Below, piece by piece: positions 24,634 to 32,691 of a DNA stretch of 36,825 nt. Made by a program: the position numbers and the translations under genes. Within the stretch, counting starts at the first letter, position 1. Every line of letters starts with the position of its first letter. The notes under the pieces are model-generated. The model was not told the DNA's origin, did not search any database, and saw only the letters and a program-made list of their open reading frames with translations. Location: contig CAXNFL010000003.1 in NCBI GenBank assembly GCA_964201555.1, forward strand, positions 1 to 36,825, in the 5' to 3' direction. The DNA is from Kiritimatiellia bacterium (GTDB lineage Bacteria; Verrucomicrobiota; Kiritimatiellia; CAIKKV01).

Positions 24634-25698
24634 TCAGATCATCGGGCGAAGAAACGGCACAAGGGCCTCCGCCATCCGCATGAAGCCGAGATCGGTGGCG
24701 TGCGAGCCGTCCACCGTGGCTTCCTGATCGGCGCCGTACAGGATCTCCCCCGGCACCACGGTCAAGCGCGTGATCCCCTCGTTGTGCAGGGCTTCACAGA
24801 CCTCCCGGGCGGCCCGGTTCTTGCCCTCATAGGCCGCGCGGAACGAGGTGACGAGCGTATGGCTCGTGTAGAGGACGTTCTCCATCACGACGATGGGCGT
24901 CACCGGATGCGCCTTCCGCAGGAGGCGGATGCAGGGCGCGAGGCGTTCGCGGATCTGGTCGACGGTCATATTCGGAAAGGCGTCCAGCACGTAGACGGAC
25001 GGATCCAGCTCGGCCAGCAGCTCGACGACGGCCGGCTCCATCCGGCCGTTGCCGGAAAACCCGAAATTGTAATGCGGCCGGTCCAGCCGGCGCGCCGCAA
25101 TAGCCGTGTAGGCCATGCCGGGGCGGCTCGCGCATCCGCCCTGCGTGATCGACGTGCCATAGTAGCAGATCGGCTTCCCCGCCGCCGGGGGCGCCTTGGC
25201 GATCGTCTCGTTTTCAGGGACACCGACCTCGACCGACTCGCAGCCGTTATACAGGGGCAGGTACAGCCGGTATTCGCGCTCCGCCCGGGGAGCCAGATCC
25301 GCCAGCAGCGTCTGGCTGTTCTCCTTGGCGCGCGGAATGCCCGTGGCGGTCCACTTCCACACGCCTTCGTGGCGCACGTAGAGATCCAGGCCGCTCACCC
25401 CGGTGGCCGGCATGTGCGGCATGGCCAGGCCGTCAAACCGGAGCTTCCAGCGGGCGGCGAGGGTCGGCGAGGCGGTCACGAACCGGACGGCCAGGCCGGC
25501 CGAATGCCGGCTCAGCTCCCAGACAGGCGGCGGAATCAGCGCCTGGGCGCGGCCGGGAAAGCGGTGAAAGGGCAGTTCCTGCTCCCCCCAGCCATGCCCC
25601 TCCATGCCGAGGTGCCGGATGTCAAACCAGCGCAACCCGTCGCCGGCGCCCTGGGAGGCCAAATTGGGGTCCAATTTTTCAATATTCTGAACCGTCAT
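24634..25698 (-). CDS. SGNH/GDSL hydrolase with N-terminal GxDLY domain
   Basis: GVSGLDLY, YLPLYNG, block I YGTSITQG, NFGFSGNG and block V DGSHATDLG. Confidence 0.88.
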   Translation of the reverse strand: MTVQNIEKLDPNLASQGAGDGLRWFDIRHLGMEGHGWGEQELPFHRFPGRAQALIPPPVWELSRHSAGLAVRFVTASPTLAARWKLRFDGLAMPHMPATGVSGLDLYVRHEGVWKWTATGIPRAKENSQTLLADLAPRAEREYRLYLPLYNGCESVEVGVPENETIAKAPPAAGKPICYYGTSITQGGCASRPGMAYTAIAARRLDRPHYNFGFSGNGRMEPAVVELLAELDPSVYVLDAFPNMTVDQIRERLAPCIRLLRKAHPVTPIVVMENVLYTSHTLVTSFRAAYEGKNRAAREVCEALHNEGITRLTVVPGEILYGADQEATVDGSHATDLGFMRMAEALVPFLRPMI

Positions 25699-25719
25699 GG
25701 GGAGTTCCTTTTCTAGGCG

Positions 25720-26772
25720 TTAAGCAAATACGTGGGCAAGTCCGCGCAGGTCCCGCCCGGAAGCCAGGGCGGCTTCCGCCGCAGTTGACTTAAGGCCCTG
25801 AAGCGGAATCCCCCGGTCCACCGTAAGGGAGAAAACCTTTTCCATGTCATTATAGTTCGGCTGCGACAGATTGACGGCGGTGAGTCCGGGCAACCGGACC
25901 AGCTGGTCGAGATAGTGGTCGCCGCGGCCGCAGAAGTGAACCGCGCCGCCGAACTGCTTCAGCAGCCGGCTGTCGTAGGGAGCCACGAACTCGCGATACA
26001 TGTCCGGCGAAAAGTTCATGGCGGAATCGTCCCGGAGCATGACCCGCCCCTTGATCACCAGGCCCCAGTGCGCGTTATAGGGCTGCTCCCCGGGCCGCTC
26101 GTAGCGGGCCCAGGCGTGCATGAACCGCTCGTAGGCGTCGGTGACGAGCGCCAGCAGCCGATGCAGCAGCTCCGGCTCGTCGTAGGCCCCGAGGAAGATC
26201 GCGCTGCCCCAGATCACCTCGCAGACATCCATCGGGCCCTGCAGGTCGGGATGGTAAAGCCGCACATGCCGCTTCAGCGTGGGCCGGCGGTCCAGCACCT
26301 CCATGAACCGGTCGGCCATGTCGAACACCCGCGCGCCAAGCCCGGCGCGAAGATCCGGGGCCCCGCGCTCCACAAGGGCGCGAAGCGCCGGCACGCCGCC
26401 TTCGAGCGCCAGGGCGGTGGGCAGCGTGTTCAGCGCGGCATCCATCATGTACAGAGGGGTTCCGAACAGGGACGGAAGAATGGCCGTGCTGTAATTGCAG
26501 CGCACGTTGAGCACCCGGCCGCCTCCGGAGTCCAGAACCGCCGAACACAGGCGCAACTCGTGATAAAGCATCTGCTCCGGATTCTCGAAGAACTCGTTAA
26601 CCCCCACATCGGGCCAGGGAATCCGCGCCGGCGCGGGCTTGGGGCGGCGCGGCGAAAAAAAGCCTGTTGCCGGACCCCGCCCCTCGTAAAACGCGCGCCA
26701 GTCATCCCATAAAGCCGTTTCGACGGAGTCGTCGATCCGGCTCTCCAGATCATCCAGATACGCGTCTAACAC
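25720..26772 (-). CDS. URO-D/MtaA-like TIM-barrel protein (uncharacterised)
   Basis: PDLQGPMD, PELLHRLL, DDSAMNFSPDMYREFVAPYD and HFCG. GTG start with SD GGAGGAG. Confidence 0.7.
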   Translation of the reverse strand: MLDAYLDDLESRIDDSVETALWDDWRAFYEGRGPATGFFSPRRPKPAPARIPWPDVGVNEFFENPEQMLYHELRLCSAVLDSGGGRVLNVRCNYSTAILPSLFGTPLYMMDAALNTLPTALALEGGVPALRALVERGAPDLRAGLGARVFDMADRFMEVLDRRPTLKRHVRLYHPDLQGPMDVCEVIWGSAIFLGAYDEPELLHRLLALVTDAYERFMHAWARYERPGEQPYNAHWGLVIKGRVMLRDDSAMNFSPDMYREFVAPYDSRLLKQFGGAVHFCGRGDHYLDQLVRLPGLTAVNLSQPNYNDMEKVFSLTVDRGIPLQGLKSTAAEAALASGRDLRGLAHVFA

Positions 26773-26784
26773 AACTCCTCCGCG

Positions 26785-28218
26785 CTAGGCCTTCGGCGCA
26801 TTCGCCGGCTTTCCCGCGGGGGACGGCGTGTCGACCGCATTGACGTTGCCCAGGTAGCCCGGCAGCTCCACGCCGGCCATGGCCGCCACATCGTGCAGGG
26901 GCGGAAGCGCCTTGATCAGGCTGGAAACGAAATTCGCGGTGGACGACCCCTTGTCGCCCGCCCCGCCGCCGCCCGCCGAGTCCCAGACGGTGATCTTGTC
27001 GATCTTGAGCTTGGAGATGGCCTCGACCTGGCGGGCCACGATGGCCTCGAGCTTTTCGATCATCAGCAGCGTCGCCGCGGAGCGCGGGTCGTTGCCGCAG
27101 CTGCGGACCAGGGCTTCGTACCCGGCGGCCTTGCTTTCGAGCACCTGCCGCAGGCCGCGCGCCTCGGCCTCGTACTTGAACAGGACGCCGTCGGCCTGGC
27201 CCTTGGCCTCGCGCCGGGTCTTCTCGGCCTCGGCTTCGGCGGCGATCTCGATCTTCTTCTTGTCGATTTCCTTCTGCACGACCTCTTCGGCGTTCAGGCG
27301 CTCGGCCTCGGCGCGGTACTGCGCCTTCTGGATCTCGACGAGGGCGTTGCGCTTGGCCACCTCGGCGGTCTGCAGGAAGGCCGCCTGCTTGACCTCGAGC
27401 CCGGCCTGCGACTGGGCGATATCCGCCTTGGCCATGTTTTCGCCGGTGACGGCGGCGGCTTCCTGGCCCTGCACGAAAATGCGCTGGTCGGCTTCGGCCT
27501 TCTTCTTGCCCTTCTCGGCGGCCGCGACGTTCTCGGCCACGCGGATGGTCATCTCCCGGTGCGCCTCCGCCTCGCCGATGTTACCCACCTTGACCTGCTC
27601 GGCCACGTCCACCTTGGCGCGGTTGATGGCTTCCGAGGCCGCCTTCTTGCCGATGCTCTCGATGTAGGTCGACTCGTCCGTGATGTCGGTGATGTTCACG
27701 TTGATCAGGTAAAGGCCGATCTTGTTCAGCTCGGGCTCCACGTTCTTGCGGATCGACTCCAGGAAGCTCTCGCGGTCCTGGTTGATCTGCTCGATCGTGA
27801 GCGAGGCGACGGTCAGGCGGAGCTGGCCGAAGATGATTTCCTTGGCCATATCCTCGATCTGCGGGGGCTGCAGGCCCAGCAGGCGCTCGGCCGCGTTGGT
27901 CATGATCCCCGAGTCCGTGCTGATGCCGACGGTGAAGGTGCTGGGCACGTTGATGCGGATGTTCTGGAACGACAGCGCATTCTGCAGCGGAATGCTGATC
28001 GTCATGGGGGTGAGGCGCAGGAACGCGTAGTCCTGCAGCAGCGGCCACACGAACGTGCCGCCGCCATGGATGCAATGGGACGAGCGGTTCGCGCCCACGC
28101 TTCCGTAAATGACGAGAATGCGGTCCGAAGGACAGCGTTTATAGCGTTGCGCCACGAAAATAATGATGACGAACAGCACCACCAGCAAGACGACAATCAG
28201 ACCCGGCAGACTTGGCAT
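26785..28218 (-). CDS. Flotillin-like SPFH domain protein
   Basis: N-terminal TM, SPFH core (HGGGTFVWP, GQLRLTVASLTIEQINQDR, NVNITDITD), AEA-rich coiled coil and IDKITVWD. Confidence 0.93.
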   Translation of the reverse strand: MPSLPGLIVVLLVVLFVIIIFVAQRYKRCPSDRILVIYGSVGANRSSHCIHGGGTFVWPLLQDYAFLRLTPMTISIPLQNALSFQNIRINVPSTFTVGISTDSGIMTNAAERLLGLQPPQIEDMAKEIIFGQLRLTVASLTIEQINQDRESFLESIRKNVEPELNKIGLYLINVNITDITDESTYIESIGKKAASEAINRAKVDVAEQVKVGNIGEAEAHREMTIRVAENVAAAEKGKKKAEADQRIFVQGQEAAAVTGENMAKADIAQSQAGLEVKQAAFLQTAEVAKRNALVEIQKAQYRAEAERLNAEEVVQKEIDKKKIEIAAEAEAEKTRREAKGQADGVLFKYEAEARGLRQVLESKAAGYEALVRSCGNDPRSAATLLMIEKLEAIVARQVEAISKLKIDKITVWDSAGGGGAGDKGSSTANFVSSLIKALPPLHDVAAMAGVELPGYLGNVNAVDTPSPAGKPANAPKA

Positions 28219-28248
28219 AACTCCCCCTGTTTTCTACTTTATGACGTT

Positions 28249-28827
28249 CTACGAAATCAGTTTTTCGACAATCAGCATGTTCTCCGGCGTCACGCTCAGG
28301 ACCCGGACCCGGGAGCCCGTGCGGAGAATCTCCGCGCTGTTGGAGCGGGCGTCGAAGATCTTCAGGCCGCCCTGGATGGTGATCTCGACTTTGCCGATCC
28401 CTCCGGGCGCGATGTTCAGATAGACGAGGCCTTCCTGGCCCACGGCATTCTGCATCACCACCGTGCCGTCCGTCTGGAAGCGGCGCATGCCGGCGAAGAC
28501 CAGGGCGATCAGCCACATGGTGAACAACCCCGCGGCGAGAGCGCCCAGCAGGGCCAGGAGCACGGAAGAGTCGGCTTTCTTCATCACCGTCAGCCCCGTG
28601 AGGCCGAACATCAGGAAAAACGCCGTGATGCCGTGGATCGTCAGGAAATGAAAGCTGACGTCCGTATCGTTGATGCCGCCATGAACGTCCATGCCGCCCG
28701 AGTCGACATCATGGCTAAGCCCGAACAAAAGCAGAATAGTGCGGAGGACAAAGATCGTCCCTCCCGCGATGGCGCACGCGGCAAATACCTTTTGAATCAG
28801 CGTCAGACTTTGAAACCAGGTTTCCAT
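28249..28827 (-). CDS. NfeD-like membrane protein (flotillin partner)
   Basis: Three TMs plus an OB-fold-like C-terminus (VGQEGLVYLNI..GGIGKVEI..QG, GSRVRV). SD GGAGGT; lies directly upstream of flotillin. Confidence 0.82.
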   Translation of the reverse strand: METWFQSLTLIQKVFAACAIAGGTIFVLRTILLLFGLSHDVDSGGMDVHGGINDTDVSFHFLTIHGITAFFLMFGLTGLTVMKKADSSVLLALLGALAAGLFTMWLIALVFAGMRRFQTDGTVVMQNAVGQEGLVYLNIAPGGIGKVEITIQGGLKIFDARSNSAEILRTGSRVRVLSVTPENMLIVEKLIS

Positions 28828-28848
28828 CGTCCACCTCCATTCGCGCCC

Positions 28849-28876
28849 ATTATAGGCCCCCCTTCTCCGTTTGCAA
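28849..28876 (-). promoter_or_regulatory. Putative sigma70 promoter for the nfeD-flotillin operon
   Basis: TTGCAA(28876-28871)-16-TATAAT(28854-28849). Confidence 0.6.
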
Positions 28877-28957
28877 CGATATCCGACAGAAAATGGATGC
28901 ACACTTGTTTCCTTTGTCCTCTTTCTCACTCTTCTCCTCCATATAGGAGACGACGCC

Positions 28958-29538
28958 ATGCGCGCCTTGCGCCTCGAACGGGTTCTACTCGCCAGCCTCA
29001 TCGCGACCGCCCTATGCCTGCCGTCGACCCGCGCCGGCTCGCTGGCCAATTTCGAAGCCGGCGCCCTCTCGAGCGGGAGCTCCTTCGGCGGCTCCTCGCA
29101 CGGCGGCGACGACTGCGCGGGCCCCTTCCTGGAGCTGGCGGCCCGAATCTGGCTGGAAGGCATGGTCTATGGCGGCGTTGGAAGCTGGGTGCGCATGGAT
29201 CCGATGACCGTGGACATGCCCGATCTGCCCGCCCTGGAGCCGCGCGAGTGGGGCGAGGGGCTGATTCCGGTGGTGCGCGCGGATACGGCCTATCAATGGG
29301 TCGAAGGCGATGTCCGCGCCGTCGACGCGGCCGTCGAGGCGGGCTTCGGCCCGCTGGCCGCCCAGTTCACGCGGCGGCGGTTCGAGGAGCGCCGGCCTGG
29401 TCGGAAAACATTTCGGAATACGAGCTGGGCCTCCTGGCGGGCTGGAAGTTCGTCTCGCTCCGCGCCGGCTACCGCTGGCTGCACGATCCCGGCGAAACGC
29501 TCGACGGCCCCTACGCCGGCCTCTCCGTTCATTTTTAG
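28958..29538 (+). pseudogene. Frameshifted or internally deleted exported protein with an outer-membrane beta-barrel-like C-terminus
   Basis: SD AGGAG then a signal peptide (MRALRLERVLLASLIATALCLPSTRA). Protein-like sequence switches frame near 29392 to PAWSENISEYELGLLAGWKFVSLRAGYRWL...GPYAGLSVHF-stop (29538). Confidence 0.7.
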
Positions 29539-29546
29539 GAAGCCGA

Positions 29547-30713
29547 TCAGCCGCTTTCCGTTGTTCCGCAGGGCAGCGTGAAGAAAAAGGTTGAGCCCCG
29601 GCCCGGCAGCGAGTCCGCCCAGATGCGGCCTCCGTGGCGGTCGATGATTTTCTTGCAGATCGCCAGGCCGATTCCCGTGCCGGGATACTCCTCGCGGGTG
29701 TGGAGCCGCTGAAAGATCGTGAAAATCTTACCGGCATCCAGGGGATCGAAGCCCATCCCGTTGTCGCGGACCGAAATGAGCCAAACGCGGTCTTCCCGCT
29801 TCGCTGAAATATGCACTTCCGGAGCCGTCTTCGCCCTGTACTTAAGGGCATTGCCGATCAGGTTCTGGAATACCTGTGCCAGCTGCAGCGCGTTTCCCGG
29901 AACAGTCGGAAGAGGCTCCGCCGTTATCCGGGCGCCGGCATCCCCGATGGAGTCCTTCAAGGTGTCGAGCGCCGCCCGCAACGCATCCTCCATGTGGATG
30001 GGCAACGCGGGCTCCCCGGGGTTCCCCACCCGGGAATAGGTCAGCAGGGCCTGGATCAGGGCCTGCATGCGCTGGGCGCCGTCAACCGCCAGCGAAAGAT
30101 ACTGGGCGGCGGACTCATCGAGCTTTCCGTCGAACCTCTCTTTCAGCAGGCCGCAAAAGCCGGTGACCATGCGGAGGGGCTCCTGCAGCTCATGGGAAAC
30201 CACACAGGCAAAGTGCTCGAGATCATTGTTGGATCGGACCAACTCCCCCGATGTTTGACGCAAACACGCTTCACTCTTCTTCCGCTCCGAAATATCCTCA
30301 ACCTCGATGTTGAGGCCCAGAACCTTGCCGCGGCTGTCCTTGTAGGGGCACCACTGCTCCAGGCACGTGCGCACCTCGCCCGGCTTGCCGGGCGCCTGCG
30401 CCGTCAGCTCCACATCCAGAACGGGCAGCCCGGTTTCGATCACCTGCCGCAGCCGGAGCTCGGTCTCGGGGTGAAGATCCGGAACCATCTCGCGGATCGT
30501 CTTGCCGATGTGCGCTTCCCGCGAAGCCCCGTTGATGTCGGCGAGCCGCTGGTTAATGCGGACATACCGCAAGTCCGTATCCAGCATGCACAGCCCCTTG
30601 GGCGCCGCGATGAAGAAGGCCTCGATTTCAGCCAGCTGCCGCAGGGCGCTATTCCCGCCGTCGGCTTCCGCCCCCGCCTTCCGCAACCGCCTCGTTCCGC
30701 CACGCTGCTTCAT
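29547..30713 (-). CDS. Cytoplasmic PAS-domain sensor histidine kinase
   Basis: PAS (LDTDLRYVRINQRLADING), H-box VVSHELQEPLR, N-box QNLIGNALKY, G1 DNGMG, F-box IFTIFQRL and G2 GTGIGLAICKKI. Confidence 0.93.
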   Translation of the reverse strand: MKQRGGTRRLRKAGAEADGGNSALRQLAEIEAFFIAAPKGLCMLDTDLRYVRINQRLADINGASREAHIGKTIREMVPDLHPETELRLRQVIETGLPVLDVELTAQAPGKPGEVRTCLEQWCPYKDSRGKVLGLNIEVEDISERKKSEACLRQTSGELVRSNNDLEHFACVVSHELQEPLRMVTGFCGLLKERFDGKLDESAAQYLSLAVDGAQRMQALIQALLTYSRVGNPGEPALPIHMEDALRAALDTLKDSIGDAGARITAEPLPTVPGNALQLAQVFQNLIGNALKYRAKTAPEVHISAKREDRVWLISVRDNGMGFDPLDAGKIFTIFQRLHTREEYPGTGIGLAICKKIIDRHGGRIWADSLPGRGSTFFFTLPCGTTESG

Positions 30714-30753
30714 TCAGCCTCCGCATAAGAGGGACAACGCACACCGTTGCTTA

Positions 30754-30782
30754 ACCTTAAGCGCGCGAAGGGGCTTATGCAA
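30754..30782 (-). promoter_or_regulatory. Putative sigma70 promoter for the histidine kinase
   Basis: TTGCAT(30782-30777)-17-TAAGGT(30759-30754). Confidence 0.5.
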
Positions 30783-30845
30783 GCACAAAACTAAAATTGG
30801 AACAATTGTCCCTTTTACAGAAAAGAGGCACACCCTCGCACGGGC

Positions 30846-30874
30846 GGCCGCTCCCTTGCATGGCGGGAGCGGCC
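30846..30874 (-). terminator. Hairpin downstream of glnK (possible terminator)
   Basis: GGCCGCTCCC-9 nt-GGGAGCGGCC perfect 10-bp stem, 16 bp past the glnK stop; no immediate U-tract. Confidence 0.45.
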
Positions 30875-30890
30875 TCTTCCGCGGGCCGGA

Positions 30891-31232
30891 TTATCCGATG
30901 GCGACGCCGCCCGTCTCCCCGGTGCGGATCCGGACGCACTCTTCCAGGCTCAGGACGAAGAGCTTGCCGTCGCCCACCTGTCCGGTGCGGGCGCCCGCGG
31001 TGATCGCCTCGATCGCGGGCTGGACGAACTCGTCGTTGACCGCGATCTCCAGTTTCACCTTGCGCAGCAGGCTGCCCGCCTCCTTGTGGCTGCGGTACAC
31101 CTCGGCAATGCCTTTCTGCCGGCCGCGCCCCAGCACGTTGGTCACCGTGACCAAATGAATCTCCTTGTCGGTCAGCCGCTTCAGCACTTCGTCAACCCGG
31201 TCGGGCTGAATGATGGCGACGATGAATTTCAT
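30891..31232 (-). CDS. glnK: P-II nitrogen regulatory protein
   Basis: MKFIVAIIQP, GRGRQKG, T-loop Tyr (EVYR), KVKLEI, TGQVGDGKLFV and RIRTGE; adjacent to amt. Confidence 0.95.
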   Translation of the reverse strand: MKFIVAIIQPDRVDEVLKRLTDKEIHLVTVTNVLGRGRQKGIAEVYRSHKEAGSLLRKVKLEIAVNDEFVQPAIEAITAGARTGQVGDGKLFVLSLEECVRIRTGETGGVAIG

Positions 31233-31256
31233 GGCGTGTCTCCTTTCGTTCGCGCG

Positions 31257-32495
31257 TTAATCCAACAGGGTGTAGGCGGCTTCCCGGTGCTGGGTCAGGT
31301 CGAGCCCGATCCGCTCCTCCTGATCGGAAACGCGCAGCCCGATCAGCTTGTCGATCAGCTTCAGCAGGACATAAGTCATCACCAGCGAATAGACGATCGT
31401 CACCGCCACGGCCTTGAGCTGGATCATGAACTGGGCCGGGTTTCCGTAGAAGAGCCCGTCCGCCCCGGCGGCGTTCACCGACTTCGTGGCCCAGAGCCCG
31501 GTGGCCAGGGCGCCCCAGAGGCCGCCGATACCGTGCACGCCGAAGGCGTCCAGCGAATCGTCGTACCCGAACTTGACCTTGATGACGGTGACGAACAGGT
31601 AGCAGATCACCGAGACGCCCAGGCCGATCCCCAGCGCCCCGCCCACGGTCACAAACCCCGCGGCCGGCGTGATCGCCACCAGGCCCGCCACCACGCCGGT
31701 GATCACCCCGAGCACCGTCGGGCGCCCGGCGAACACCGCGTCCAGCACGGCCCAGGTCAGCCCCGCCATCGCCGCGGCCACATGGGTGACCACGAAGGCG
31801 CTGACCGCCAGGCCGTTGGCGGCCAGGGCGCTGCCGGCGTTGAAGCCGAACCAGCCGAACCACAGGAGCGACGCGCCCAGCACGGCGAAGGGCAGGTTGT
31901 GGGGCGGCGACATGGAATCCTTCAACCCCAGCCGCCTGCCCAGCACCAGCGCCGCCACCAGCGCCGCCACGCCCGCATTGACGTGCACCACGGTGCCGCC
32001 CGCGAAGTCCAGGGCCCCCATGTTGCGGAGGAACCCGCCCACGCCCCAGACCCAGTGCGCGAGGGGATCATAGACGACGGTGGCCCACAGCAGGACGAAC
32101 ACGCAGAACGCGGAGAACTTCATCCGCTCCGCGAAGGCGCCCAGGATCAGCGCCGGCGTGATCACCGCGAACATCATCTGGAAAACCATGAACGCCTGGT
32201 GCGGGATCGTGGCCGCATAGTCCGGGTTGGGATCCAGTCCCACGCCCTTCAGCCCCAGCCAGGACAGGTTGCCGATGAGCCCCTTCACGTCGGGGCCGAA
32301 GGACAGGCTGTACCCGCAGACGACCCACTGCACGCTCACCAGGCAGAGCACGATCAGGCACTGCATCAGGATGGAGAGCACGTTTTTCCTCCGCACGAGC
32401 CCGCCGTAGAAAAAGGCGAGCCCCGGCGTCATCAACATGACCAGCCCCGCGCTGATCAGCACCCAGACCGTATCCCCGCTGTTAACCCCGTTCAT
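31257..32495 (-). CDS. amtB: Ammonium transporter
   Basis: LMTPGLAFFYGG, FQMMFA.ITPAL, DFAGGTVVH, LWFGWFGFNAGS and DDSLDAFGVHG (both His retained). SD GAAAGGA. Confidence 0.96.
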   Translation of the reverse strand: MNGVNSGDTVWVLISAGLVMLMTPGLAFFYGGLVRRKNVLSILMQCLIVLCLVSVQWVVCGYSLSFGPDVKGLIGNLSWLGLKGVGLDPNPDYAATIPHQAFMVFQMMFAVITPALILGAFAERMKFSAFCVFVLLWATVVYDPLAHWVWGVGGFLRNMGALDFAGGTVVHVNAGVAALVAALVLGRRLGLKDSMSPPHNLPFAVLGASLLWFGWFGFNAGSALAANGLAVSAFVVTHVAAAMAGLTWAVLDAVFAGRPTVLGVITGVVAGLVAITPAAGFVTVGGALGIGLGVSVICYLFVTVIKVKFGYDDSLDAFGVHGIGGLWGALATGLWATKSVNAAGADGLFYGNPAQFMIQLKAVAVTIVYSLVMTYVLLKLIDKLIGLRVSDQEERIGLDLTQHREAAYTLLD

Positions 32496-32529
32496 GCCTG
32501 TCTTCCTTTCTGTTGCCTGAAAGACTACT

Positions 32530-32546
32530 AGCACCCGCCATGCCAA
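32530..32546 (-). promoter_or_regulatory. Sigma54 (-24/-12) promoter for amtB-glnK
   Basis: Minus strand TTGGCATGGCGGGTGCT has exact GG-N10-GC spacing, about 35 bp upstream of the amtB ATG. Confidence 0.8.
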
Positions 32547-32588
32547 GTGGGAAAAAGGGGCTGAGTTCACCAAAAACAAGCACAACCG

Positions 32589-32634
32589 ATGACAATTTTG
32601 TTGAACAGAAAAAGGAACTCGACAATTTTGTCGA
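32589..32634. promoter_or_regulatory. Twin palindromic upstream activator sites (putative bEBP/NtrC-like)
   Basis: GACAATTTTGT at 32591 and 32621, 30 bp apart; the second lies within TCGACAATTTTGTCGA. Confidence 0.65.
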
Positions 32635-32643
32635 ATTGTAAGA

Positions 32644-32672
32644 ATAGGTCCTATAGGACCTATAAGTCCCAT
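32644..32672. repeat. 9-bp degenerate tandem repeat containing a perfect 20-bp palindrome
   Basis: ATAGGTCCT-ATAGGACCT-ATAAGTCCC-AT; ATAGGTCCTATAGGACCTAT (32644-32663) is self-complementary. Confidence 0.75.
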
Positions 32673-32691
32673 CATGAGAAATGCGGCAAGC

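Noticed and set aside
29399-29410. Programmed -1 frameshift at GGAAAAC
   Set aside because: Not a properly phased X XXY YYZ slippery heptamer; mutation or deletion is more parsimonious.
26893-29538. 881-aa plus-strand ORF
   Set aside because: Antisense shadow of flotillin and nfeD caused by GC-rich codon bias. Only its last ~48 codons look real, as the C-terminus of the broken gene.
32496-32675. 60-aa N-terminal extension of Amt (MMGLIGPIGPI...)
   Set aside because: It spans the sigma54 promoter, enhancer sites and 9-bp repeat. The SD supports ATG 32495.
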